DNA from: an uncultured delta proteobacterium
Lineage (GTDB): Bacteria > Desulfobacterota > Syntrophorhabdia > Syntrophorhabdales > WCHB1-27
NCBI GenBank assembly: GCA_963810935.1
Contig: CAWEPK010000012.1
Span: 320,001 to 384,000 of the forward strand
Direction of reading: 5' to 3'
Length of the DNA: 64,000 bases
The translations under genes and the position numbers were made by a program. Numbering within the stretch: position 1 is the first letter of the stretch; every line of letters starts with the position of its first letter. Shown here in pieces: positions 20,339 through 32,492 of this stretch. The notes below the pieces were generated by a model. That model searched no databases. It saw nothing but the letters and a program-made list of their open reading frames with translations, and was not told the DNA's origin.

Positions 20339-21235
20339 CTATAAGTCCAGGCGGCGGAACTCCTCTTCGAATCTATCGTTAAACTTTTTGAGCACCCGGT
20401 TTTCGAGCTGGCGCACGCGCTCCCGCGATATCTTGAACGTCTCGCCGATGCCTTGCAGGGTCAGAGGCTCGTCGATCATGATGCGGTTCTCGAAGATGAA
20501 TAGCTCCTTCTCGTTCAGCATGCATTTGAACTCGCGTATCTTGCTCTCCAGTATCTCCTTCTTTTCCTTGGCGGCAACGGCCTCTTCTATGTTGTCGTCC
20601 GCCCTGATTACGTCGAGGAAGGTTTCTTCGCCGTCATCGTAGACGGGGTGCTCGAGCGATATATCCGCACAGGAGAGCCGCTTTTCCATCTCCTCCACCT
20701 CGTGCACCTTGACGTCGAGCGTGTGCGCGAGCAGGTGGGGCGCGGGATAGACGCCGACGTCCTCCAGCTTCTTCTTCTCCCTTTTCAGCCGGTAAAAGAT
20801 CCGCCTCTGGCTCTGCGTGGTCCCCACCTTGACGATGCTCCACGAGTCCATTATGTATTTGAGGATATAGGCCCTGATCCAAAACGACGAGTAGGTGGAG
20901 AAGCGCGTGCCCTTGTACGGGTTGTATTTCTTGACCGCGTGCACCAGGCCGACGTTCCCTTCCTGGATGAGGTCCAGTATGTTAAGGTACGTGTTGTAGT
21001 ATTCGAGTGCTATCTTCACGACAAGCCTCAGGTTCGAGGTGACAAGCCTCTGGCACGCCTCGCTGTCCTTGAAGCGATGCGCCCGCTCTGCGATCTCCGT
21101 CTCTTCTTCCCTTGAGAGTACTGAATGGCGCGATATTTCCGACAGGTACTTCTTGAGCGGATCGAACGGTACCGCTAACGTCTCTTCGTATGGCCTGGCC
21201 TGCTCTTTCCTTTCGTGAATCGTGTTTTGCAGCAA
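20339..21235 (-). CDS. RpoH/sigma32-like sigma factor
   Basis: NLRLVVKIA, DLIQEGNVGL, RpoH-box-like QRRIFYRLK, SRERVRQLE. Confidence 0.9.
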   Translation of the reverse strand: MLQNTIHERKEQARPYEETLAVPFDPLKKYLSEISRHSVLSREEETEIAERAHRFKDSEACQRLVTSNLRLVVKIALEYYNTYLNILDLIQEGNVGLVHAVKKYNPYKGTRFSTYSSFWIRAYILKYIMDSWSIVKVGTTQSQRRIFYRLKREKKKLEDVGVYPAPHLLAHTLDVKVHEVEEMEKRLSCADISLEHPVYDDGEETFLDVIRADDNIEEAVAAKEKKEILESKIREFKCMLNEKELFIFENRIMIDEPLTLQGIGETFKISRERVRQLENRVLKKFNDRFEEEFRRLDL

Positions 21236-21408
21236 CTTATGCCTCCCAATGCTGTGATTCCCGTTGCTTCGCGCAATCGGTGCGTCCTTTCGCGGTAGTC
21301 GGAAAAGCCCCTTCGGCTGAAATCCGGTCCCTTCCGAGCTGCCTTTCTCGGCGCGCCTATGCGTCCTTGTTGCGCGTTGTCCGGTTGCTTTTGTATAAGG
21401 GATAAGAG

Positions 21409-21424
21409 TACAAGAACTATGCCA
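21409..21424 (-). promoter_or_regulatory. sigma54-type -24/-12 promoter
   Basis: Minus strand TGGCAT-N5-TTGTA. Confidence 0.55.
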
Positions 21425-21785
21425 CCACGGAAGGCGGCACGAAACGACGCATTTAGCCAGTTATTACAGGGAGTTGCAGCGGCTCTCCTGCCGCTTCGTG
21501 TCTCGCCCGATGAGAAACTGTCTTACATGGGGATATATGTCTCACTGACCGAGACATGCGTACTTTGCAGCACCGGCGCGGCAAAACGGTCCTATGGACA
21601 GGAAATGGGCTGTAAATAAAGGCTTGTTCGTCTTCCTTACACAGCGGGGGGAAAGCTTACACCGGGCGAGGCTGCCTGGCGCTCTAGCCGGCCGGCGGGG
21701 CGCGAGGGGGAGGTCTTGCGCCCCGCCGGCTGATGGCTAGAACTTGCTGCGGGGAGGGGAGGTCATCTATATGTCCCTGCGCTGC

Positions 21786-22652
21786 TTACGACCAGGCCAT
21801 GCTCGCGCGCAGGTTCCGTGTCAGGTTCTTTGATATCTTCGTCTGGAGCTGCCTTATGCTTTCCCTGGATGTACTGAAGCGCTCGCCTATCTCGCGCAGG
21901 GTGATCGGGTCTTCCGCCATGATGCGGTGCTCCAGGATGTAGCGCTCCTTCTCGTCGAGCAGCTTCTTGAACTCGGCCATCTTTTCGCGGAGCATCTCCG
22001 TCCTCTGCTTTTCGGAGACCGTCTCCTCGACGTCCTCGCCGGAGGCTATCGTGTCAACCAGCTCGTCGCCGCCTTCATAGAGCGTCTCGTCGAGCGAGAC
22101 GTCGCCGTTGGTAAGCCTGATCTGCATGTCGTCGATGTCCGCCGCTGAGACATCGAGGTTCTCCGCCAGGACTTGCGAAGAGATGGCTACGCCATCCCGC
22201 TCCAGCTTATCCTTCGCCTTGTTGAGGGAGAAGAACAGCTTCCTCTGGCTGTCCTTGGTGCCGACCTTGACGATGCTCCACGAATCCATAAGGTACTTAA
22301 GGATGTAAGCGCGTATCCAGAAAGAGGCGTAGGTGGAGAAGCGCGTGCCCCTGTCGGGGTCGAACTTGCGGACTGCCCGCAAGAGGCCGACGTTGCCTTC
22401 CTGGATGAGGTCCATGACGTTGAGGTGATACCTGTGGTAGTCCATCGCTATCTTGACTACGAGCCTGAGGTTGCCCGTGACGAGCTTCTGCTCCGCCTGC
22501 TTGTCGCCGTGGCGCTTTATAGCCTGCGCAGTCTCTATCTCCTCGTCCTTGGTGAGGACGCGGCTCTTCGATATGTCGTAAAGGTACATTCTGAACGCGT
22601 CGTGGGATTGTAAATCATTCGAGCCGTTTACTGCCGCTGTCTGAGAAGTCAT
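21786..22652 (-). CDS. RpoH/sigma32-like sigma factor (second paralogue)
   Basis: NLRLVVKIA, FSTYASFWIRA, QRKLFFSLN. Confidence 0.9.
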   Translation of the reverse strand: MTSQTAAVNGSNDLQSHDAFRMYLYDISKSRVLTKDEEIETAQAIKRHGDKQAEQKLVTGNLRLVVKIAMDYHRYHLNVMDLIQEGNVGLLRAVRKFDPDRGTRFSTYASFWIRAYILKYLMDSWSIVKVGTKDSQRKLFFSLNKAKDKLERDGVAISSQVLAENLDVSAADIDDMQIRLTNGDVSLDETLYEGGDELVDTIASGEDVEETVSEKQRTEMLREKMAEFKKLLDEKERYILEHRIMAEDPITLREIGERFSTSRESIRQLQTKISKNLTRNLRASMAWS

Positions 22653-22695
22653 CTTCTCCTCCTTCGCTGATTTCCTTCACCCTGGAGGACTATAT

Positions 22696-22711
22696 ATCAA
22701 GAAGCGTGCCG
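22696..22711 (-). promoter_or_regulatory. sigma54-type -24/-12 promoter
   Basis: Minus strand CGGCAC-N5-TTGAT. Confidence 0.55.
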
Positions 22712-22861
22712 CGCAACAAACGGCCATTCAGCACGAGGCGAGAGAGGGACGCAGCGGCCGGATTCGGCCTGTTTATAGGGGAATTAGAAAGATTGGAGGC
22801 ACGGATGGGTTGCTGCTGTAGTATACAAAAAGAGTCCTGGAAACTGGATTAATCCTGGAAA

Positions 22862-22902
22862 CAGGACCGGCGGGGCCACCCGAAAAGGCCCCGCCGGTCC
22901 TG
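22862..22902 (-). terminator. Intrinsic terminator after the TpsA-like gene
   Basis: 16-bp perfect stem CAGGACCGGCGGGGCC/GGCCCCGCCGGTCCTG just past stop 22925. Confidence 0.75.
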
Positions 22903-22924
22903 AAATACGCATATGGTGCAAGGG

Positions 22925-25900
22925 TTATTTATTCGGCCCGCTTCCTCCACCCGCCGCACCCCCACCGCCCTGGCTGCCGCCTTCCAGGTCGAACTGCATG
23001 CCGTCTGCATTGATCGACTTTATGGTTGCCGAGTAGCCGGCCGAATCGGAGAAAACGATATGGTTATCCATCGTCCCGTTAACCGTCCCCGTGTTGGAGG
23101 GCGTAAAGCTGCCTATCTGGTTATTCAACCCCTGGCCGGTAGAATTGCTCCCCTGGCCGCTGAAGGAGGCCTGGCCGCCGGTCTGCTGGCCGTTGGACTC
23201 GAAATTGGCTTGCTGCTGCTGCGCCGCAAGCGCCGCCTGCTCCGCCGCAAGTGCGCGGCCTGCGATCACCTGGCCGATGGTGCCGTTGAGGTAATAATTA
23301 ATGTCACCAGTTTGAAAGTCCTTCGTGGTCAAGCCTTCGCTTCCCGATACCACGCCGTTGACCTTGCCGGCAGTGTACCCGCTGACATCATACAGCCCGG
23401 GATTGAGCTGGGAGTTGTAGTAGCTGTTGGTAATCGAGCCGCTCAGGACCACCGGTATTCATGCTTACGATGCCGCCCGTTAGCCCGGCGACCCCGGTGA
23501 TAAGGCCGTCGGAATAGCTGTTGGAAATGATGCCACTATTAGCTCCAGCAATCCCTCCGGTGTAGGACGTGGTCGCAAGGCCACTGACATTGCCGGTCGT
23601 GTAGGAACCGCTGATGGAGCCAATATTATTTCCCACCAAGCCGCCGGCCGTTGCCGCCGCGTTCGGTGATGCCGGATTTCCCAGTCCAGTCACGTTGCCC
23701 GTGGAGTAGGAGTTGATGATCTGGCCTTGATTGCTTCCGGCCAATCCCCCCATAGAGCCGGCCCCCGCAGTCACATTACCGGTAGCATAGGAGTTGGAGA
23801 TGACGCTTGACGAACTGCCGCCACCGCCAAGCAATCCACCAGTGCCCTGGCTATTGCCGGTCACATTGCCGGTAGCATGCGAACTGTTAATCGAGTAATT
23901 GCCGACGACATCCCCGACCAGCCCGCCGACATAGGCAATGGTGGTATTGACAGGCGTAGTGAAAACCACATCCCCTGTCGCATAGGAGTTGGTAACGGCG
24001 ACTGTTTGGGTTCCGGTGTTGTAGGCGTATCCGATCAGTCCGCCAATACCGGGATACGACGACATATCGGTGTTCTCGTAATTAGTCACCTTGCCGGTCG
24101 AATAGGAGTTGTTCACGATCCAGTTACCGGACAGATACCCGACAAGTCCTCCAAGGTCAGCTCCGCCACTCACATTGCCCTTGGCGAAGGAGTTTTGAAT
24201 GGTACAGCTACCAAGGACGCATCCTGCCTCCTGACCAATTAGGCCGCCGACGTAGGAGGCATATGTGATATTCGCCAAGGTGGCGTAAGCGCCGGTGGTG
24301 ACATTATCGACACCGGATAGAACCGTGCCGGTAGCGTAGGAGTTGTAAACGTTTGCGCTGTTGGCATACCCGATCAATCCGCCGACACTACCGCCGATCG
24401 TCGTAACATTGCCGCTGGAATCCGAGTTGTACAGGTTGATATACATCCCTCTACCGAACAGACCGGATCCTCCGATTACGGCAGCACTGGAGTAAACATT
24501 CGAGACGTTGAGGAACACCGTCGACGAACCGGTCAGGTAGCCAACCAACCCTCCGGCCGTCAGCGAGGATGAAGTCAGGGTGCCGGTGCTGTACGCGTTG
24601 CTGATATTGCCGTAGTCCATGCCGATCAGAATGCCGGCCGCGTACATCCCCTGCCCAGGGGAAAAGGTGCTCGTGACGTTGGCGTTGACGATCCCGATGT
24701 CGCGAATCGACGAGGCGCCGATCGTGGTGCTGGTGCCCAAGGTGCCGATCAGGCCGACGGTATTGTAAGGAGAGTTGAGCGTCAGGTTGCTGATCGTGTG
24801 ACCCAGGCCGGCGAAAGTCCCCGAAAAGTTCTGGACGAGCGAAGTGACGTAAGTCGAGCCAGAGGCATCCAGGTTGGACGCGAGGGCATAGTTGCCCGTG
24901 ACCACATAGGGAGAAGAAGTGTCGAACAATCCGGTGCTGGGATCGTAATAAATAGTGCTGTACGCGTATTGCGAGCTCAGGTGGTACGTTCCGGTTGTGG
25001 GGTCATAGTAGGATTTCGTGCTGCCGGCCGTCGTGTAATAGGGCATATCATACAGCTTCGTCGCATTATCGTAACAGACAGTGCTCCAAACGCCCGAATA
25101 TGACGAGCTCAGGTCGTATGTGATACCCGGCTTTGCCGGGTCGTAATACAGCGTCGAGCCTCCCGTTGAGTCCCTGCGTAACCATTATGTCGTATTTTTG
25201 AGTGGCAACATTCCACCAGAACGAGGTGCCAATGTTCGAGCCGTAGTAACCGCCGGTATAAGGAGTCATTATATCATACGACGAATCAGAATAATCCCAG
25301 TAGCACGTCGAGGCCCCGCAGTCGCTCTTGGCGGTGGTCCCCGTAACCGTCAGCGCTATGTCGTATGAATTCTTCTGGAAGTCGTAAGTGTATGTCGTGC
25401 CGTTGATCACCTGGGTTAAGGGTATGTCGTACGCCTTATTGAGGAAGTCGTAGACGTACGTCGTACCGTTGATCACTTTCGTTTGCGGTATGTCGTACGC
25501 CTGAGTGGCGACATCCCAATAATAGTACACGCCGTTGACGGTGCCGTAAATCGATTTCGAACCACTGATGTAGGAAAGTTGCGAATAAACAGGGATATCG
25601 TATGCCTGGGTTATGGGGTCCCAGAAGTACCCCGTGGGGCCGTTGCCGTAGTCGAGGCCGGCCAACTGGCCCAGGCTGTAAATGAGCGTATAGGTCGTGC
25701 CGTTTATCTTTAGGCCGCTGGTGTTGGCGCTGTTGGTAAAGGTGATGCTGCCGTAGACGCCTCCGCTAGTGTCCGTCTCTGCTACGGGGACGCCTTGAGC
25801 GTTCAGAACGGCCCCGGCATAAGAAGCAGGGGTCAGGATGTAGTAGCCCGTGCCTGCCGCCGGAGTTGTCACGTTAATGCCGTTGTAGCCTCCGTAGTTC

Positions 25901-28900
25901 AGGACGATGCCTGCGCTTGCCCCGTTGATAGTGATGGCGTTATTGATGTAGATGTTATTTAGTGCAGCGAGTGTCAGGGTGTTGTTGGAAGACCAGGCGA
26001 CCGAGTCGCTGACCGTAAGGTTCCCGCCGAGAGCGTTTAGGGCGAGGTTGCGCAGCGCCAGGTTGTTATCGACGAACGAGGCGGCCACGTTCCCGCTTGC
26101 GCCTATGGTGATGTTGGGCAGACTGTAAGACCACGTGCCGCTGTTGCCCGTGCCTAACTGGTAGCCGCTGCCCAGGGTAATGGCCGCACCGGCTGTCTCG
26201 ATGAGTCCGCCGTTAGTGGTTGTTCCCGCCACGTTAATGACGCCATTCAGAGTGGTAGTACCATCCAGTGAGGTGATTACGTAATTAGTCAGGCCGTTGG
26301 CCGCATTGGGATTGAGCGTCAGATTGTCCGCCGACACCAGAAGGACCTGGCCGTCAGGGGCGGTTAAGGTGCCCGAATTGGTGACGCCCTGGTTGCTTAC
26401 CAAGGCTATAAACCCGCCGTCGCTTGCAGTGATGCTGCCGTTGTTGACCACCGAACCGCTGCCGCCGGTGCTGTTGAACACGTAGCTGCCGGCGTTGAAG
26501 TTGGTGTCCGTGATGTTGAGGGTGCCGGCGAGGAAGGCGCTTGCGTTGACGCTGGAGCCCGCCCCGAACAAAATGCCGTTGGAGTTGATAAGGAAGATCC
26601 TGCCGTTAGACGTCAGGACGCCGTTGATCACGCTCTGCTCGTTGCCGATTACCCGGTTGAGGGCAATGGCCGTGGTGGAAGGCTGCGAGAAGTTGACCGT
26701 CTCGCCGGAGGCGATGCTGAAGCGCAGCCAGTCGATGATGGCGCTGGGTGTTGTCTGGTTAACCGTCAGGGTGCTCCCCGAGGAGGAGAAAGTAACCGTT
26801 CCGCTGGCTACCTGGCTGACTACCTGGTCGGCGCTCGTGACTGCAACGGTGCCCGTAGCGCCGGTCAGCGTGTAGTTGGGGTTATTGACCTTGAGGCCGC
26901 TCACGCTGGTAATCGCCTCGTTCCCTGTCGCTGCCGAGGCGATGGTGGCAGAGCCGCTGAACGTGACCGTATCGCCGGCGACGGCATTGCTTGCGATTAT
27001 ATTCGAGCCGGAGACCGTCGTGCTTCCGCCTGGTGCCTGGACCCCGCTCAGTTGCAGGACAAGGGGTGTAATCGAGGCCGTGGTGGTCGTAGTGGTGGCT
27101 ATCGTGTAGTTGCCTGCGCTGGAGCCCGTAAGAGAAAGCCCGGAAATTGTGACCGTCTTGCCCGTTCCCGCGTTGGCGTCGGAGAAGGCGCCCGTGGTTG
27201 GGGTGGTGCTCAGGGAGACGATGTCAGTGCCGATCACGCCGTTCAGGCTGACATAGGAGACGGCATCGGTGGTGGTGCCGTTATAGGTCTCGTTGGTGCC
27301 TGTGAAGCTGGCGGTTAGGGTCTTGGGCGTGATGTTCGCAGTCGTCGTGGCCGTACCCGACGTGGCCGGCGAGCCGTTAGTCAGCAGACCGCCGATGGTG
27401 TAATTGCTGGCCTTGCCTCCGTTGGCTCCATTAGACAGACCGGAGAAGGTGAGGCTGACCGATTTCCCGGTTCCCGCGCTCGAGCTCGAAAACACCGGAG
27501 AAGAGTACGTGATGTTGAGCGTCTGATTGCCGACAAGGCCAACCAGGCCGTTGTTGGTAACTCCTGTATTTAATGTTCCCGTAGTAGTGCCGTCATACGT
27601 TTTATTAGCGACCTCGCCTGAGATAGTCAACGATTTGGGAGTAACCGTGACGGTTCCCACAATGTTCTCGTACACGCTGGACGAGATAACGGTCTTGGCT
27701 GTCTGCACGCCGGCATCGACGTAGCCATTCGGGGCCACTACTGTGAATTCGCTCACGGTGGTATTGGTGGCAGGATTGTAAATACTGCTGTACGTATCGA
27801 GATTGGCGGTAAGGCCAGGTCCGCCCTGCAGGCCTCTGCTGGAGAGAGCCAGGGTACCGATGTCATTCGTCGCCAAGCCATAAACGGGCGACGAGCTTGT
27901 GGAAGTGTACACAATCAGGTTGCCCAGGATCGGGTTGCCCCACGTCGAGGCCGTCCAGATGCTCGGGTTGAAACCGTTGTAGCTGGAATACGTTGCTGCC
28001 TGGGCAGCGGTTAGATTCATCGCCGTCGTGGTGTCAGTCGGGACCGTCATGCCGCTTGCGGTATTTGCATACCAGTAAGCGTTCGTGAGCGTACCGGTAT
28101 TGGTGCAGGCAAAACCCCATAGCGAACCGGTCGTAACCGTGCCGGAATAATCCGTGGCGTAGGCGCTGCTGATTGTGCCGGCGTTGTTGTAAACGAACCC
28201 GGCAGTCCACGGATAAGAAGTCGATTTTGCGGCCGTGGCGCCTGTACTATATGCATAGGTCGAATACGCATTGGTTATCACGCCAGTCGCGGTGTTTTGC
28301 CAGACAAAACCCGCCAGATTTGGATTCGTACCGGCGCTGTAACCGTTTGTGTAACCGGTGGCCGCGTACGATTGATCGATTGTCCCGCTGTTCTGGCCGA
28401 CAAAGGCACCTGTGGTCGAGTACGCGTCATTCATCGTGATCACGCCGCTCGCATAGGACCGAGAAACTGACCCGTTATTGATACCCACCAGGCCGCCGGC
28501 ATAAGTCAAGGTCGTGGGATAGGTTGGAGTACTGCTCAACTGGGCTGCGTATAGCGAGTCCAGCGTCGAGCTGTCCAGGATTCTTCCGGTCGATTCATTG
28601 ACACCGACCAGTCCGCCCATAACGTTGGTTCCGTAAGCACTGCCGTTGAAGACGCTCTGGTCTATATAACCGTAGTTGTGGCCGACGAGGCCGCCCATGA
28701 TGGAAGCGGATGAGGTCGGGTAGCTGCTGTTCGCACCGTACAGTGTGCGGCTGCTGATGCTGTTAACAATGGTGCCGTAGTTAACGTTCGCCAGCCCACC
28801 AACCGCGCTTACGGGAGTCGCCGACGTGGACGGGTTCACCGTACCGTAAACTTTCAGATTGCTGATCAGTGCGTTGCTGCCGAGGGTATCGAAATAGCCG

Positions 28901-30432
28901 GTGGCGGTCGTGGTCCCGTTAAGATAGTGCCCTAGGCCATTAAACGTTCCCTGGAACGCGCCGTTGCTCGGCGTTGTGATGGGCGATGTGATGCTGCTGA
29001 TATTGGCGCCAAGCGCGTAGTACCCAGAAAGGTTACCGACAATGCTGGAGAGTCCCGCCGCGGTGGTAATAACCGTGTACGTATTGCCATTCATCGTCAA
29101 GGCGCCGGTGCCGCTAAAATTGACAATCCCGAGATACCCGACCGATGAGCCCTGCACGGTGTAAAGCCCCATGGGCGAGCCGTCGGAGTTAGTCCCGGTT
29201 CCGTAGTTAGCCGTCAGGCCGGCCGTGCCGCTGGCGGTCATCGTGTTATTGACGTAGATGTTATTGGTAGCATTAAGGGTAAGGGCATTGGCAGACCAGG
29301 TGACGGCGTCATTGACCCAGATGTTGCCGTCAGTGCTGCTGCCGCTGGTCGAGGCAATGGTGACGTTACCGTTCTTCAGCGCATTCGTCAGGGCGCCGCC
29401 TGTCATGTCCCCATTGCCACTGATAGTAAACCCGTCCGGGTCGATCAGCCATGTGCCGTTAGTACCGTACACCGATTTGGTGGTTACAATGGCGCTATCC
29501 GCTATGCTCACCTTGTTCCCGCTCGTCTCTATCAGCCCCCCATCCCCGCCGTTAGGGGCCGAGGCATCGAGCGTGCCGCGGCAGGTTGACCGTACCCCCA
29601 TCCGCATAGAGCTTTATGTTGCCTTTAAGGTCGTCTATGGTGCGCGCCTGGATCAGCCCTGAGTTATTCACCTGGGCGGATAGGAGGTCGTCTGCTGCTT
29701 TGGCGGTAAGGATTACCGTACCCCCGTCTGCATAGATGGCCTGCTTGTTCTCTACCAGGGCATTTAAGGCGCCCTGGTCTATCGTTACGTTAAGGAGGGA
29801 GTTGCCGTTGAAGTTTAAGGTTATCTGGTCGCCTGAGGCTAAGGCTACCGTCCCCTTGGTAGCTGCTATTACCCCCTGGTTGGATACCGTATTGCCTAGA
29901 AGGGCTACATACCCTCCGTTGTTGGCTGTTATAGTCCCCTGGTTTACTACGGAGCCTAAAGAGCCGTTGGCGTTGAATACGTAGTTGCCTGCGTTGAAGT
30001 CCGCATCCGTTATGTTCAGGGTACTGGCTAAGAAGCCCGAGGTATTTACACTAGACCCCTTGGTGAAGAGGATGCCGTTGGAGTTGATCAGGAAGACCCT
30101 GCCTGTGGCGTTAAGGGCCCCCTGGATGATACTGCTCTCATTGCCGACTACCCTGTTCAAGGTGATGGCGTAGATGCCAGGCTGGTTGAAGTTGACCGTC
30201 TCTGCCGGTGCGATGCTGAAGGTCTGCCAGTTTATGGAGGCCTTGTTCGTGGACTGGTTGATGTTCGTTGTATTGCCCGACTGGACTATGGCGGCGGTGC
30301 CGCTTGTGACTACGCCGCCCGTGGGGGCGGCCAGAAGAGGGCCTGCAAGGAGGCCATACAACCAAAGGCCGCCATAGTCAGGGATAACGTTTTTTTCATG
30401 AAGAACTTGCCCTGCCTGCATCTTGTGCGCAT
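22925..30432 (-). CDS. Large filamentous haemagglutinin-like (TpsA) exoprotein with two TPS domains, YDG and GLUG repeats; split by 4 or more frameshifts
   Basis: ORFs 29552-30556, 25066-29607, 23388-25046 and 22925-23452 join; INWQTFSI..NFNQP..LINSNGILF occurs twice; NKTYDGTT; VGGLVG repeats; start MRTRCRQGKFFMKKT with RBS at 30432. Confidence 0.85.
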
Positions 30433-30614
30433 CAGTTGTTCCCCCTTTGTCGTTGCCGGTTGCAGTCTTATGTAAAACGCCGCTTGATGATGGCCTATCG
30501 CTATTACTTGACATAATATAACGGTTATCGTTATATACCATTGAGCATAATGCCACGTCAACAAATTTGGCGAAAGTTTCTTCGGATTCCGGTGAGCGGG
30601 GGGCGTCCGGGCTC

Positions 30615-32024
30615 TTAAGGCACGGACGGGATGTTGTATTCCTTGAGGAGGGCGTAGAGGCGGGAGCGGGAGAGACCGGAGATGCGGCAGGCTTCCTTTA
30701 TCTCTCCCTTCGTCCTGAAAATCAGTGCCTGGAGGTACCGGCGCTCGGCAACCGCCCTGTACTCGGGCAGTGTGCCGAAGGGCGCCAGTGCTGGCTCGCT
30801 GCCTGCCGGAGCGCCTTCGGCTGGGTCGCCGCCTGCCGGCTCCTTGCGCACGGATGAGCGGGCGATCTTCACGCGTATGTCTATGGGCAGGTGCTTAGGG
30901 TAGAGGGTCGGCTCGTTGTAAGCGTCCGATACTGCGCGCTCGACTGCGCTGACCAGCTCGCGCACGTTGCCCGGCCAGTCATAGAGCATCAGGGCGTCGA
31001 AGAATTCCGGCGAGAAGCCTTTCGTCCCTATGCCGTAACGCTCGCAGACACGCGCCATGTGGTGCATGGCAAGCTCCTTGATATCTTCCGTGCGGGCGGA
31101 AAGCGGCGGCAGCTCGATGGTGATCGTGCGGAGGCGGAAAAGGAGGTCCGACCGGAATGCGTCTTCCCGCACCATCTTTTCCAGGTCCTTGTTCGTGGCG
31201 GCCAACAGCCGGAAATCGCTCTCTACCTCGTTCTTTGCGCCGACGGGCCTGAAGCGGTGCTCCTGGAGCACGCGCAGAAAGGCTTTCTGCAGCACAGGAG
31301 GAAGCTCGCCTATCTCATCGAGGAAGAGTGTGCCCCTGTGGGCCTGCTTTATGAGGCCGTCGGACGCCCTGTCCGCCCCGGTGAACGCGCCCTTCTCGTG
31401 GCCGAAGAGGACGCTCTCCACGAGCGTCTCCGGCAGGGCCGTGCAGTCGACGACTACGAAGTTGTTATCCTTCCGCCTGCTGTTCTCGTGAATGGCCCGC
31501 GCGAAGACTTCTTTGCCCGTGCCGGTCGGCCCGGTGACCAGCACGTTCGCCTCGCTGTGCGCAGCCTGCGCCAGGATATCGAAGCATGCCTTCATTTTCG
31601 GGCTGTTGCCTATGATGCCCGTCGTCTTCAGGGCAGCCATCGGCTTGCGCGCATTCTTCTCCTGCCTGTACTGGAGCGCCCGTGCCAGCGTGAGGGACAT
31701 CTCCTTCGTCGTCGAGGACTTCTGTATGTAGTCCCACGCGCCGTTCTTGATGGCAAGCTCCGCGCCGTCCGGGTCTCCGAGGCCCGTTATAATGATTACC
31801 TCCGGCGGGGCGGGCAGCTCGCGTATCCTGGGCAGGAGGTCGAGGCCGCTGCCGTCGGGCATCCTTATGTCGAGGAAGATTACGTCGAAGTCTTCGGAGG
31901 CGGCCCTTGCGAAGCCGTTCGCCAGGGTGCGGGCCGAAACTGCCGAATGGCCGATGTCCTCGACCATGAGGCAGAGCATCTCGCAGACAAGCTCGTCATC
32001 GTCTATAACAAGGACGTGTGCCAT
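30615..32024 (-). CDS. sigma54-dependent response regulator (NtrC family)
   Basis: Receiver domain, GPTGTGKE, GAFTGA, WPGNVREL, C-terminal HTH. Confidence 0.95.
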   Translation of the reverse strand: MAHVLVIDDDELVCEMLCLMVEDIGHSAVSARTLANGFARAASEDFDVIFLDIRMPDGSGLDLLPRIRELPAPPEVIIITGLGDPDGAELAIKNGAWDYIQKSSTTKEMSLTLARALQYRQEKNARKPMAALKTTGIIGNSPKMKACFDILAQAAHSEANVLVTGPTGTGKEVFARAIHENSRRKDNNFVVVDCTALPETLVESVLFGHEKGAFTGADRASDGLIKQAHRGTLFLDEIGELPPVLQKAFLRVLQEHRFRPVGAKNEVESDFRLLAATNKDLEKMVREDAFRSDLLFRLRTITIELPPLSARTEDIKELAMHHMARVCERYGIGTKGFSPEFFDALMLYDWPGNVRELVSAVERAVSDAYNEPTLYPKHLPIDIRVKIARSSVRKEPAGGDPAEGAPAGSEPALAPFGTLPEYRAVAERRYLQALIFRTKGEIKEACRISGLSRSRLYALLKEYNIPSVP

Positions 32025-32256
32025 GGCCGATTAATTTTACCCGATTTCCGCAGGATAAGAAAGGGGGGGAAACGCGGGGGCCGCGGAATAGTTATCCGCT
32101 GCCCCCGCGCCCTCGTAAGCGCGGCGGACTAGAACTCGATATTTAGCGGCTCGATTAACCGAATCTCTTTTGCAAGAAAGAAAGAGATTAAGCGGCCGTC
32201 CACCCTGCCCCCTACTTCACAAATTAATTTATCGTCACTATTATTTGTCGGGAGGC

Positions 32257-32466
32257 ATGGAAGAGATTATGAAGGGAATGAGACGGATAAAGGGTGGAAT
32301 CGCAACCGCGCTGCTCGTTGCAGCGGCGCTGCTCCCCGTCGCCTGCGCATCGGGAGGCAGGCAGGATACCGGGCAGTCGGACAGCTCGTACAGCGGGCGG
32401 CATGTCAGCAACCTTACGGAAAGGAACTTCGAGCGGGAAAAAGCGACAGCGAGCAACCCGGGCTGA
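32257..32466 (+). CDS. Small putative lipoprotein
   Basis: Basic N-region, hydrophobic core and LPVAC lipobox; GGAGG upstream. Confidence 0.5.
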   Translation: MEEIMKGMRRIKGGIATALLVAAALLPVACASGGRQDTGQSDSSYSGRHVSNLTERNFEREKATASNPG

Positions 32467-32492
32467 TAAGGGCCCCACCCTGCCGGTTGCCT

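Noticed and set aside
30390..30396. Phase variation of the TpsA gene by a poly-A/T tract
   Set aside because: Only 7 nt long, and the frameshift fits better about 30 bp downstream; other indels suggest sequencing error
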